DNA of 64,000 bases, from NCBI RefSeq assembly GCF_009914755.1, contig NC_060932.1; one strand, written 5' to 3'. Below are positions 1-15,310 of this stretch, one piece after another. Under the pieces are notes generated by a model. It had not been told where the DNA came from, searched no databases, and saw nothing but the letters and a program-made list of their open reading frames with translations. Position 1 is the stretch's first letter, and the number at the start of each line of letters is the position of its first letter. Made by a program: the position numbers and the translations under genes. Origin of the DNA: the human T2T-CHM13v2.0 reference genome, Homo sapiens.

Positions 1-253
<253 letters not shown>

Positions 254-258
254 TTATG

Positions 259-1141
<883 letters not shown>

Positions 1142-1196
1142 TATATAAAAACATATGTATAAATAAATACCTTAAATATGTACATATAAATACAAA

Positions 1197-1204
<8 letters not shown>

Positions 1205-1248
<44 letters not shown>
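1205..1248. repeat. (TA)22 microsatellite
   Basis: Direct reading. Confidence 0.97.
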
Positions 1249-1252
<4 letters not shown>

Positions 1253-1374
1253 TATATGTGCTTTGCCCTTTTAGTGAAATTGAATCATGCTATGTATGCA
1301 CTTTGAGATCCTGGTTTTTTTATTTTTTCATTTTTATTTAATCATGGCAGTAATAACAATAATAATAATAATGA

Positions 1375-1585
1375 GTATTTGTTGAGTGCTTAACATATGC
1401 CACCTACCTTACAAATACCACTGTATTTCTGCCTAATAGCAGCTCTTTGATTTAGGTACCATTAATATCCTATTTTACATATGAGAAAACTGAGGCTCGA
1501 TCAAGTTAAGTAATTTGCCTGAGGTTCCTCAGTAAATGGTCTTATTGTATGTTGGACTCCAGAGACTGAGATCTTAAGCACTATC
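1375..1585 (-). mobile_element. MIR SINE
   Basis: ATTTTACATATGAGAAAACTGAGGCTC is the reverse complement of the MIR core. Confidence 0.7.
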
Positions 1586-4500
1586 ATTGGGCCTTAAGTT
1601 TATTTTCAAAAATAGATGGTAATTAAACACTTAAAAGCCTTGAGATTTCTGTATGGAAGCACTAGATTATAGTGGAGTCAGATGAAATGGTTTGAATCAT
1701 AGAACATCTTTGCTTTCTGGCTTTAAATACTATATCTGTCACTGGTTCCTTTACAGTACAAGATATGTTATTCCAAAATGCTTCAGGTTTAAAATTTGGA
1801 ATACCACTGATAGAGTCTAGCAAAATGTTTCTTTCTTTTTAAGTGTTTCTTAATTTTATCTGTGATTTTTATTATTGTATCTTTGGTTGTATAATAAAAG
1901 TAATTGAGAAAAATGTTAATTTTGCTGAGGTGTTTATTGTAGTATTTCTTAGGACATGCCTATATAATGAAATGTTTTCTAATAGTTCAGGAACAGGTAA
2001 ATATGTTCCAGTCAGTAAGTCAAGAAATATCTACTTAGCACCTAATACATGCCCTGCATTATGCTAGATGATATGGAGGATTTGAGGAAACCATTTGGTG
2101 ACTTTAAAGTTTTCTATTTAGAAGCATTGAAAGAATTCTAAGATGAGAAAAGCAATGACCTTTTAAGAAGATGCAAAAACCATGGAACCTGCAAAGTGTA
2201 GTAAAATCAGAAGCTCTGTGCCTGTGAATTACTGGGAAAGGTGAGTCAGAACTAAAATTTTAGAAGAAACTTACCCATGAGTTAAGTGGGCCTGAAGTCA
2301 ATAGCATGGATGTGCTTTCTCTGGGGCCTGTGAGTGAGAAAAGTGGTTGAGGGGTATAGCAACATCACTACGTAGTGATTCTTCAACTGGAGGAAAAAAC
2401 ATCCCCAGCAGAAGCTGTCCAAGGAAGGAGCACTCAGTCCTGGGAACCAAGGGAGGCATCATCCATTCCTCTGGTCAGTGGTAAAGGCTTCTGTGAAGAG
2501 TAAAGTGGGTAGAACACTAATTAATTGATTGAATTGAGCAGCTAGAAACTGTCATTACCAAAGCAATGTAAGAGAAGGGACTTTTCCTACACCTTACTTT
2601 ACTTTTTATTGTGAAGTGATTTCAAATTTATTTTAAAAATTGCAAGAATGGAAGAAAGAACTCAAATTTCACTCAGATTCCCAGTTGTTAAGGTTGCACT
2701 CCATCTACTTTACCATTCCCTGTTAAAATATATATATATGTTTGTGTGTTTATATGTATGTCTTAATCGTTTGACAAATATTTACTGACATGAAGTCCAT
2801 TGATTCTTTGGCTATGTAAATATCGTATTCACCATAAAATTTTTACCCACTAATTTTAGGATCCATTGATGATTTTTGCCTTAGTCAGTTATTACTGTGA
2901 TGGTGGCCAAATGGTGATTTTTATATTCTATTGTTATTTCTCTATTTATTAATTGGCATTCTACTACAAGGTAGAACTTTTTCCTTCTCTCCATTTCAAA
3001 ATTTCATTTATTTATTCATACCAGCGTGTACTTGCAGATTCTTACTTTATTTGATGGGTTAATCTTTATTAACATAATTTACTTTGATGCTGAAATCATC
3101 CTTCATTTTTTCCTGTAAGCCCCTATATTTTTTTCACATGTCACTGTCCGTTCTACGAGGACTTCTTTACTTTCTGATTTGAAAAGATGTTTCAGGCTTA
3201 TCTAGTACTTTCTTTTCCCTAGCCCTGGAATTACCTATTTCTCAAGGAGCCCTAGTTTAATTTAGTGGAGAATGGTTTTTAGACACCAGTATTTACGTGA
3301 GCAATTCAAAGAAGTTACTTTCCCCACTAATGCCCATTCACCTCAGCCCTGAGGCCGCTTCCCATGATGTAAAAAGCCAGCCATGCTTCTGCTTTCCCAA
3401 GATGCTCCCCAATAAATGTTTCCAGTGTGGAAAACACTGAGTTTCCCACATGAGTTTTGGAAACACTGAGTTTTTCATTCCTCTCTTGGAAAGTCACAAT
3501 GCAAATAAATATAGTAAAGGCTCTGGGATGCCCTGTGGTAGGGAAATCTGTTTAACAGCATTTCCAAAACTAAATTCACCATGGGGTCATATTTTTCAGG
3601 TAAAATCTATTAACATTCTATGAAAGGAATATTGTGCATTACTGTAGGGGTTTGAGGCATTTGGGGTTTGATTTAGGAAAAAGATATGACCATGGTGCAG
3701 AGGCAGTAGCACACATATTATATTAGGTGATGTTGTGACAAGATTGCATGTGGAGGAAGTTCCCTCCAGCAGTAATCTGTCCAGAAGCCACAGCGCAGGC
3801 CTATACTCAAAAGGGGAAGAGGGCAAGGGAGCTCCCTAGGGAGCCTAGGTGATGCCTCTGAGTGCACAGTGGGGACATGAGTCAGAGAGCCCCGAAGGGA
3901 AGGTTATGAAATATTTCATCCTAAATATGTAAAATAATTTGTTCCCCAATGAAAGGCAAAGTGTCTATTTGCAAAGCTGAAATAGTTTCCTTGTGTTCGA
4001 AGGATGATTACATAGACTGGAATTTGTCAGACACAAGCCGTTTGACCTTGTTTAGGTAGAGTCACTTGATAAATACATAGACCTACAAATATTTTATTAC
4101 CATCTCTTGCAGCCCTATTCAAGCATATAGAAAAAATTCTGTATAGGTGACTACCATCTTCTGTCTGATAATTAAACTCCAGTCATTATTTCTTCCCTCA
4201 GTATTTCACAAATACACTGGAAGTTTATTGCTATACGGTACAAAATTTTATTCCTCCACGTGCATTTGCTCTGTGGCAAAATTCAGTAATCTTTATGTCT
4301 TTTATATAGTCTTCTTAATCAGTATTTCCCTTTTCTTATATTGCATGGACCATGCTAGTCAAATTAACTTTATATTTTAGGACAGGTTAGGGCCAAGGCA
4401 ATTTTTAAATACATAGATTTCAGTGTGTCAGGGTGGGAGAGAGCACATCAAGTCTCTCCTTGGACTTTGGTACTAAAATAAACAATAGCACAGATTTGTA

Positions 4501-6369
4501 CTCATATTCAGAAAACAATTGTACTCGTATTCAAAGTGTTTTATCAAGTATTACTAGAAGACTTAATAAGAGTTGGAAGAGTTCTGTTGGTCGTTTGAGC
4601 ATGCCAACATGACTAAGATGCAGTTCTTGTCTTCAAAGAACACAATCTACCATTAACCTGACTATAAACCAGATTGTGCTTAGTTATCCATTAAGTTGTC
4701 ATTGTAATTGTCCCAGTGAAAATGGCACATGCTGTCTCTACATCTGTCTTCCAAAAGATTTATGGAGAGAATTAAATTGATTTCTCCCTTTTCTCAGGTT
4801 CTGAGAGGAAAGGTTGGGTAACCTGACCTAGATGTTATATTCTCATTACTGAATTCTAACATGTTAATTCAGACATTGTAAGTACCACCATATGTCTGTT
4901 CCAGTCAACTATTTTTAGGATATGTATTTAACGACTTGGTTGAAATTTTTAAAAGTAATCCAGGAATTTTAAGTTTCTAAGAAACAAAAATGAGTTTTTA
5001 TGGTAATGTTCTCTTGTGAAACAACTAATATTTGCTGTTGTAAATCAGCAGGGGGAGCTCAGCAAATGAATTTTAGTTTTTACTGAAGGCATTCCTAAAA
5101 TTGTTCCTATTCATTTAAGAAACTAAAACAAAATGCTGAATATTTTATGTGATAAAGGCACTGCTGTTTCTTTTTCCTTTTTTTTTTTTTCCAAGCACTG
5201 TGTTTGTTTGTTTTCAAGGAAAATGAATGCATGTTTCAGTGAAAAAATGGTTTTGGAAATTAACCCTTTTTCTATTTCTCATCTACCCCAACATAAAGTT
5301 TGGCTTTGAAGCTTAATATCAGTGCACTTTTTCTCATCCATATCGACTCTTTCATAGTACTCACATTTGGCAGTTCTGCATCAGAGCTAAAGCAAAAGTC
5401 AAGGCTTTGGGTCTTTTTAGTATTGATAGAAAAATACTAGACGATGCTTCAGTCTGAAAGCCAAAAGAAAATACTATTTCCAAAAAAGAAAATGATTGTT
5501 TTCACAATGACCAAAGGCTGCCTTTTGTGGACTTGGAAAATCTGAAAGTCTGTCATTATTAGGACATATGTCATTATTAGGATCATTCTCCCCATTAATG
5601 ATCAGCCATTTATAGCCAATAGCTATTGTTCATCTTGTGATAAACAATGCAAGCACTTATGGAATGCTTTTTTTTGGGGGAAGCCGTTGTTTCTAAACAA
5701 GTGTTTGTTGAAATCATTCCTAGTGTCCCAGATTAAAATGGGTGAAAACCTAGTTTTTGACATAGCATTTTGAGCAGGGAACACCTGCCCATTTCATGAT
5801 ACTCTGGTACTTTGGGGCTTTTGATCTAGTGGTGGGTCATGTGATGTCATTCAGAGTCTTAAACTTTTATTCCTTGATCATACTTTAGAGGCCTTTGTGA
5901 AGGTCTGACTTGCTATTTCAGCCATATTAATGCACACTAACCAACTGTGCTGTCTAGCGTCCAAAACACTGTTGTAGAATATTAATCCAGGTCATCATAC
6001 TGATTTCAGGTAATGGGTAGCTTCTACCCAAAACAAGATGGCTATAACTGAACATAGACAGATAGTAATTAACTTTGAATATTAAAAAAAGAAAGATAAG
6101 CATACATGTTAGCAAATGCTGTTAAATAAAACTAATAATTGTTTTTAAATCTTAGGTTTTCTTTTTTTTATTCTCTGGAATTGACTTTGGCTCTTTCAAA
6201 TTGAGGTAATAAACTTTAGAGTTGAAGTCAAAAGACTTGAAAGATGTTTAATTTCTAAAAAGTTAAAAAATCACTTTTTCTCTAGGTTTTTCTTACTATA
6301 AAATAGGGCTCAACGGTACTTGGTATCTCACAAGTTGTGAATATCAAGTGAAAAAAATAAATGAAACAT

Positions 6370-7328
<959 letters not shown>

Positions 7329-8620
7329 ATATATAGCCTGGAGAGTCTTGGAGGTTTGACCCATTCACACAGAATTAGTAGCGAGATAAGGCCAATGCCC
7401 CTTCTCTTGGCCCATGGCCTAATGCTCTCTCCAATGTCTGGGCTGCCTCTGCAGCACATGTTTGCTATACATTCTGGATAAATAGACTCAAATAGAATAG
7501 GAATTCTCTTGAAGCTTTTTGATTCTTCTAAGTCTTTGAATTGAAGTGGGTCATAGGTTTTGGTGAATTTGTTATTATTTTAACCTACTGCTGGTTAATA
7601 TGATATGGTAACCTACTTGATATGAGCCCCAGGCAATCTTGAGATTAGCAAAATTAGGTAAGAAATGCCTTATTTTTTTGAAGTTTTAAAGTATCTCATA
7701 AATATTTCTAGTTCCTTTTCATTTCCAGTTACTTCTTCACTTCAGGGTTCTAGAAAGAACCACATAAAGGAAATAGCAAGTTCTGAAATGCGGTAAGAAA
7801 AATAGTTTGTTTTTGAAGATTTTCTAGTTCAGTGAACAGCAGGAAGCACCAGCTTCTTTTCACAAAATCTCCAGGCAAATGTTTAATCTCAAAAGACTCC
7901 AGTAGTTTATAGAAACATTCTCAAAGTTGTGCCAGCTTATTTGAACCAAAGATAAATTCATGTATTTGATAGTCCCTCAGTCAGTTGTAAATACCATAGT
8001 TGGTCCCCCTTGTACAGTCCTTGATAACAAATAGGGTATTATCACAAGGCACAGGATGAGAAATAAGGACATTTAGAGTCAAGCTTTGACTTTGTGTCTG
8101 ATTTGCAAGAACACTTAAAATGTTCCGTATGAACACATTTAAACCTTATTATATTTTCATATTTCTGGCTATACAAAGAAAATACTAATGACTGACATGA
8201 GTGCCCCATCCACCATCCCCAGTATCAGATCTTATAGAGTACTATAAATACGTTGTGTCCAACAAACGTGTTGGTGACTATTTGCCTTTATTTTTTCAGA
8301 AAAAGCTTTGTGTATATGGAATCTGTAATGAGAGTAGAAGTATTTTTTTTTGTTTTATAGAACAAAGGTTTATGATATTTCAGGGTAGGATTTCTAAAAG
8401 GATTTTTTTCTAAACCTTTCTCATCCTAATATATTCTTTGTGTTCTATCCAGTGTTTATCTTACATCCAGTGTTCAGTAGACAAATGGCCACATGGGTAG
8501 CTCTCAGAAAGTATTTGTTGACTCTGGTTCTATATCATTTCTCCTCCAAGAAAAGATAAGATTATTTTATTTATTTTGTTTAGGATTAAATAAAATTTGT
8601 GAAAAGTATTTTATAAAAAA

Positions 8621-8891
<271 letters not shown>

Positions 8892-9995
8892 TTATTAATT
8901 GCATTTAATCAGGATGTGGAGTGAGGCTATGGCAGAGGGCAGTTGGCTCACTCTGCCCTCACAACCCCAAGTCTTCTGGCCATAGTGATGACCCTCCTTC
9001 TGACCCACTGGACCTGATCCTTGCTCCATTGATATCTAGGTTGACATTAAAGGCAGGCACTAAGGACAGTTAGAGAAGGGGCTCAGGGAGGACATGAAAG
9101 AAAAGATAAAGCCTTCAAGAGGAGTTGGGACAGTGCCGGTCCCTATAGTTTAGAGAGGAATGGCCTCCTTTTTCTTAAAATTTCCTGCTTGAGGTACAAA
9201 GAAGCAGAATAGGAGCCATTTTAGGGAAAGCAGACAAGGATTACACAGTGATCTAGGGACCCAGGAGACTAGAAGTGCTGGAGAGCTTTCTTGGGAAGAT
9301 GGGATGAGTGGGAGACCTGGCTTAGAGGACAGCTTTGGGATTCCAAAGCTTTGGAGGTTTCTTTTTTTTTTTTTGAAGTTAGAGGTTTTGCCTTTTGTTT
9401 ATGAACTCCTTGACTGATGGGCTAGAGAATTCATGGAGGGGCCCAGGAGAGAGGAAGCAGGAGAAGCTACTTCAGATTGGCTAAGGGTAGGAGAGCCAAA
9501 GGAGACTGTTAGTTGTCTTCCCAGATGGTCGTGGTCAGCTCTCCCAAGTACAGTAGGAGTCAGGGAATTGGAATAGAATTTCTCATTCTGGTAATAGAAA
9601 ACTGAACGTTTGGCTGAAGTTTTCCTTGGGCATTCTCTAGGAGGATGTTAAAGAGTGAGGAACCACAATCCCAAATAATTTTTAAGAATTCTGATCTCCA
9701 ATCTCTGAGATTAATTTTGATACTATTATTACTAAAAACAATAAACATGTGTTGAGCACTCAGGGTATACCTGATCACTTTTAATGTTTATACCACAGAA
9801 AGGCAGATATTATCATAATCCTAATTGAGAACATTGAGGTTTTGAGAACTAGGCAATTCCCATATTACATAGCTAGCATGTGGATCTGGAAAGAAGTGAT
9901 CTTACTTCTAGGCACAAAAACCGCCCTCTTACTGTTAACTTGGAAAATTTAGATGTTCTGAAATCAAGCTCTTTTACAATATTCCTAAGTATCAC

Positions 9996-10689
9996 TGAGA
10001 GGTGAAGCCAGCTGGACTTCCTAGGTCAAGTGGGGACTTGGAGAACTTTTCTGTCTTACAAGAGGATTGTAAAATGCCCTAATCAGCACTCTGTAGCTAG
10101 GATTGTAAAACGCACCAATCAGTGCTCTGTAGCTAGCAAGGGGATTGTAAAATGCACCAATTAGTGCTCAGTAGCTAGCAAGGGGATTGTAAAATGCACC
10201 AATTAGTGCTCTGTAGCTAGCAAGGGGATTGTAAAATGCACCAATTAGTGCTCTATAAAAACGCACCAATCAGTGCTCTGTACCTAACAAGAGGATTGTA
10301 AAATGCACCAATCAGTGCCCTGCACAACTCACCAATCAGTAAAACGCACCAATCAGTGGTCTGTAAAACGCACCAATCAGCAGGACTCTGAAAGCCAATT
10401 GCAGGGAGGATTGAAAAAGGGCATTCTGATAGGACAGAAATGGAGCATGGGAGGGGAAAAATAAGGGAATAAAAGCTGGCCACGCCAGCCAGCGGTGGCA
10501 ACCTGCTCGGGTACCCTTCCACTCTGTGGGTGCTTTGTTCTTTAGCTCTTCACAATAAATCTTGCTGCTGCTCACTCTTTGGGTCCGTGCCATCTTCAAG
10601 AGCTGTAACACTCACTGTGAAGGTCCGCGGCTCCATTCTTGAAGTCAGTGAGACCACTAACCCACCGGAAGGAACCAACTCCGGACACA
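9996..10689 (+). mobile_element. LTR12-family (ERV9) solo LTR
   Basis: Starts TGAGAGGTGAAGCCAGCTGG and ends AACTCCGGACACA; tandem GCACCAATCAG repeats; AATAAAA TATA-like box at 10468; AATAAA at 10554; 4-bp flanks TCAC/TCGC. Confidence 0.92.
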
Positions 10690-11596
10690 TCGCCACCCAT
10701 TCTTGAGAAAGTTCTGCTTTGGAAAATAACTTCCTATGGCTAATCATTTATAGTTTACAAACTGTTTTCCAAAAGGTGTTTTGATCTCATTTTATTACAT
10801 AAGGCACTTATCAACTTGGTGAGATATGATGGCAGTTTTGCAAATGAGGGCCTGAAGATGAGAGGTCCTCTTGTGGAACTTTTATAAAAATGCTTGGTGA
10901 GCTGCCATGTTTGTGATGGTTTGTTTTTGAACTGTGTGGTGGGAGGAAGTGCTTCTGACAATTTGTACTTTGCAAACATTTAATCTTTGATTTAACTCAC
11001 CATTACAAGACTGCTGTTGCTCACTGATCCACCAAAAAATGAGGTAAAATAAACTTTCTTACTTGTTTTCATTAATCTATCTTAATGTATGCATAGCTCA
11101 CATTTATTTCAGTGGTTAATGGTCAAGGCCATACATCTGGTAAATAGCAGTGCAAAGACATAAACCAAGGTCTTTTAATTCAAATCCATGTTTGTTTCAC
11201 TTGCCACATGCCTTTTACTGAGTCCTGCCATTAGCTATCATGTAACGGGGCTTAAACATTGTGGTCGTCCTGGAATTTTGCCCTTCTTACTAATTTAACG
11301 GTTGAAAAAATATTTTGTGAAAATAAAAACAAACATTGCTGGAGATTACCTAGATTCTTTGTTTTTCTGTTTCGAGCCATCATGACTTCGAAGGTAAACG
11401 GAACTCACTTAGAGCCCTCACTGTGGAGGCTTTTCAGTGGTGTTCGTGGGGTTGCACTTAAGTCAAATCAGTGAGGCTCTCTTATCAGTGGGCTCTTCTA
11501 AGGTTGAAGGGATGGCGGGGCCTCAGAAACCAGAGGCTTCTTGCCAATTTGCATGGAGAGGTTAATGTAGAGGAAGAACCTGTTGAAGTTTTAGGT

Positions 11597-12390
11597 AGTA
11601 TGACCTTGTAATCGCTTAACATTGTCTTAGGTTCTTGGAAACTGTGACTTCAAGCAATACTTGGTATAACAAAACTAATTTACCATTGGCTAACTGAAAT
11701 AAACAAGAGTTAAATTTCTAGAGCATATTTCTGGTCCCAAAAACATCTCCAATCTTCTGAAGTCCAAAACACTTCAAATATTAATCATTGAAATAAATGT
11801 GAGCTATACATAAATGTAATAAAGATTAATGAAAAGAAGTAAGAAAGTTTTACCCTATGTTTGGTCAATCAGTGAGTGATAGCAGTCGTAGTTATGGTGA
11901 GTTAAACCAAGGAATAAATGTTTGCAAAGGGAAATTGTCAGGACCACCTCCTTCCACCATGCAGTTCGAAAACCGTCACAAACATAGCAACTCGGTGAGT
12001 GCTTTCATCCCCTAATTGTTTATTTTTGTACATTTGTATGATTATTATAGACGTTACAAATTTTTATTTGACAATCATTTGTATTCATTCCTTCATTTTT
12101 CAACCTGCTTATTCCAGTTCAGAGTTGTGGGTGGGCAGAGCCTGTCCTGGCAGCTCAGGGTGCAAGGCGGGAACTGACCTGGCCAGGACGCCATGCCATC
12201 ATCCCATTGCAGGGCACGCTCATACCCACACACTTGCATACCCCCCACACTCTCACACTGGGACCATGTAGACACACCAGTTTCTCTAACATGCAGAGCT
12301 TCTGGATGTTGGAGGAAAACTGGAGGACCTGGAGAAAACCCATACAGATTTAGGGAGAACGTGCAAATTCCACACAGACACTGGCCTCTG
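11597..12390 (-). mobile_element. MER6 DNA transposon relic containing a V-SINE-like core
   Basis: Reverse strand reads GTGTCTGTGTGGAATTTGCACGTTCTCCC...GGGTTTTCTCC...GTTTTCCTCCAACATCC...CCCTGAGCTGCC...GAACTGGAATAAGCAGGTTGAAAAATGAA. Confidence 0.8.
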
Positions 12391-14118
12391 TCTAAATAAA
12401 GAATGATATAATCCAAAGAGAACATTTCCAAGTTCAGTAGAATATATTATACTAACCTTTTTAATATTAATGTATGTATACATATATACATTTCACTAAT
12501 GTTAATATGAAGTATTTGTATAGTTTATATAAAGTTTTACACATTACATATAATCTCATTTAATATCCACAGTAACCATATGAGATAGTCATTATTTCTA
12601 TTTTAAAGACCACAGAAGTGGTATTCAAAGTGGTTACATGATTTCTCATGGTCAGTTGGAAATGCCAGAGCTAGACTTTGGTCACAGTTTTTCTAGCTGT
12701 CCAGTGTTCTTTTCAAGACCTCTTGCCTGGAGCAAGTAAAGATACAGTCGTCACTCATTAATGGTCAGGCGTGCTGAGTTAGTCTGTAACCTGTATTGAC
12801 AAATACCCATTTCACGTAGTTATTCATTTAATCATTCGTTCAACAAACGACCCAAGGACAGCCTTGTGAAAGCTTGTGGTAGTATTGAGATGGGTAGGAC
12901 ATGGTTCCTTCCCTCAAGTCTGTCAAATATTAGCTGTTAAATCATCAATGGGGAGGCTGCCATGGATCACAAAGTAGGGTTACTGAACCAAACCGAGGGC
13001 TCACAAAAAACTCCTTAGAAGAGGTTATGTGTAAGCTATGAAGGATGGGCAGACTCATCACGGTAATGAGTCAGGATGAAAACTGTTCTAAGCAGAGCTA
13101 CGAGTGTATGTGAAAACTGGTATGAGAGGGAATGTGGCCAGGTTGAGGAACCATGAACAGATCAGTACAACTAGAACATAGCACATGAGGGAGAAGTATC
13201 TAGCAAGATTATGACCCAACCATGAACTGCTCATTGTATTGAGGATTTGGGATTTTATACTGTAGGAAGGACTGTTGAAAAAAAAGTTGTGTGCAGTGTG
13301 CAAAATGATCAGATTTCTGTTTTAAAATAGTCTCTCTTGAAACAGGCTAAAGGCAGGATTGGAAGAGAGCAGGAACAGCAGACAGTGGGTTATGGCAGCA
13401 AGCTCGAAGAATAAGCCATCTGAGAAATGGTGGCACCTGCTCCTAAGGCCAGGAAGCAGAGGAAATTGAGGAGGGACAGGGACTTATTTAGAAGATTAGC
13501 TGGAATCTTAAAAGGATGAGGACATTTTTATCTATTGTGATAGGAGGCAAGGCAAACAATTGTGGGCTTATTCCTGGAAGTTCTCTGCTAGTCTGTTGGC
13601 ATGTGAAGGGGAAGATAAAGGGAAGGGGCCTTTGTGTGGAACAGCCACCAAAGGGGCTGACAAGGGGTCTGTGGAGGATTCACTGGGTTGGGGGGAAGGG
13701 CAGCTGCCTGCATGTTGGAAGGTGTAGGCATTTGGTCTGTGGCAACTGGGGGTTTATTTAGAGCCTACAGATGTTATAAATACACTTAAAAGGCATTCAC
13801 TTTTTTTTTCAAGTTCTGATGTATTCTTGCTTTGGTGACTAATATGAACGCAAGATCTCCTTTCGAGTTCTCTTAGATTGTTTTTTTTTTAAATCACTAC
13901 CACAGGTGAAATTGAGAGCTTTGAATCTGCTAGAGTCCATTTCAAATCTTCATGCCTCCATTTTCTTATCTATAAGATTGAAAGAATTTTACAAGTCCGA
14001 TTGATTAAGGTTAAAAGATAGTTAAAATAAAGCACTCAGCATAATATGTGGCAAATAAAAATTGCCTAATAAACAACTGATGGCACTTCTACTACTGCTA
14101 CTACTGCTACTGCTACTA

Positions 14119-14196
14119 GTAAGTTGGTGCAAAAGTAATTGTGGTTTTGTCATTAAAAGTAATAGCAAAATGGCAATTACTTTTGCACCAACCTAC
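14119..14196. mobile_element. MADE1 MITE (Hsmar1-derived) within a CTA/CTG microsatellite
   Basis: Inverted termini GTTGGTGCAAAAGTAATTG / CAATTACTTTTGCACCAAC, about 78 bp. Confidence 0.92.
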
Positions 14197-14342
14197 GACT
14201 ACTACTACTAACAACCATCACCGCTATCACCATCATCAGAGTATGCAGTACACTTTTGAAATCCCTGGGATGCATTGTGAATTCCAAGTTCTTTGAGAAA
14301 TTGGAGATGACACAATTTGGTCATTTTTTCTTCTAATTCCAG

Positions 14343-14475
14343 GTGACCATGCAACATATGAAAAGCAAGAAGATCCTAGATTTTGCAGCAAACGTATGGC
14401 TGTCTCGGATTCAGGCAGATGGGGATGTTGTCTGTGAGCTTCCTGTAGTAAAAGGAGGACAAGCTATTTTTCCAT
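14343..14475 (+). CDS. RP1: Internal coding exon (133 nt, phase 0->1), C-terminal part of a PLAT/LH2 domain: VTMQHMKSKKILDFAANVWLSRIQADGDVVCELPVVKGGQAIFP
   Basis: Pyrimidine tract with ttccag acceptor (AG 14341-14342); F..N.WLS....DG....EL is the typical PLAT C-terminal motif; donor CAT|gtgtgt at 14476 is phase-compatible with the next exon. RP1 long-isoform assignment is from recollection and needs BLAST confirmation. Confidence 0.85.
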
Positions 14476-15158
14476 GTGTGTTTTTAATCTTCAGTAGCAT
14501 CTATTCCATAGACAAATTGTTTGGTAGTTGCTTAAATTTGCTTCTAAGCTATTTAGTTACAGAATATTTTTCCTGCTTCTAAGAGAGTTGTTTTACTCTT
14601 GAGAAGTGACTTTTTTAATGTCACAGCATGAGTTGCTGGTGGATCTTAGATTAAATGTAATCTCAAAATTGTTCTTGTGGCCCAGCTACAGTCACAAAGG
14701 CTGAGGCTGTGAGAGACAAGAAATGCCATGGCTGCAACTCACCTTAGCTTTGCCTGGGGCCAGCTTACCTCCTCGCTTGATTTGTTTCCTCATCAAACCT
14801 TACATCATTTTAAACTTTAAACATAATGTACAATAACAGTCACCTTTACCACTAAAATACTAAGCATAAAATGTCCTCTTATGTCATACATAGAAGAACA
14901 ACCTTATAAAAAATCTTTTATTTCTCTTTCTGAAAATGCAATAAACCTTCTGGCCTTTTGCAAAAATGCCCATGTATGATTAAAAATAATTAAAGCTCAA
15001 AAGTCTCTCAATAGACACAGAAAATCCAGATTACAGGAATTCTCATATATGTTTTTCTTTTTTTACTATAGCCTGAAAACCTATGGATCTGGGTTCTGTT
15101 TGTATGGATTTCAAGGTAATGTATTTCCTCTTATTTTCTCTCCCTGTTGCTTTGCCAG

Positions 15159-15310
15159 TAGTGAGATACCAGGTTGACGTCTACACTGGGCAGCTGAAGC
15201 ATGCAGAGACGGAGTCTGAGGTTTTCCTCTGTCTCTTTGGGGAGAGGGGAGACTCTGGCCTCAGACAGCTGTACAAATCTAACATGCAAGTAAAATTTCA
15301 AAGAGGACAG
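15159..15310 (+). CDS. RP1: Internal coding exon (152 nt, phase 1->0), N-terminal part of a PLAT domain: (L)VRYQVDVYTGQLKHAETESEVFLCLFGERGDSGLRQLYKSNMQVKFQRGQ
   Basis: Pyrimidine tract with gccag acceptor and CAG|gtgagt consensus donor; Y.V.V.TG ... V.L.L.GE.GDSG.R.L ... F.RGQ is the PLAT/LH2 signature. Confidence 0.92.

Noticed and set aside
2364-2379. Perfect 16-bp palindrome ATCACTACGTAGTGAT
   Set aside because: About one is expected by chance in 64 kb (64000/4^8)
7746-7792. 47-nt exon-like segment (cttcag ... GCG|gtaaga)
   Set aside because: Splice sites look good, but the translation has no PLAT features; such pseudo-exons are common and cannot be supported without RNA data
10081-10400. 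Regularly spaced ~41-bp repeats resembling a CRISPR array
   Set aside because: No unique spacers; these are the tandem CCAAT enhancer repeats of LTR12
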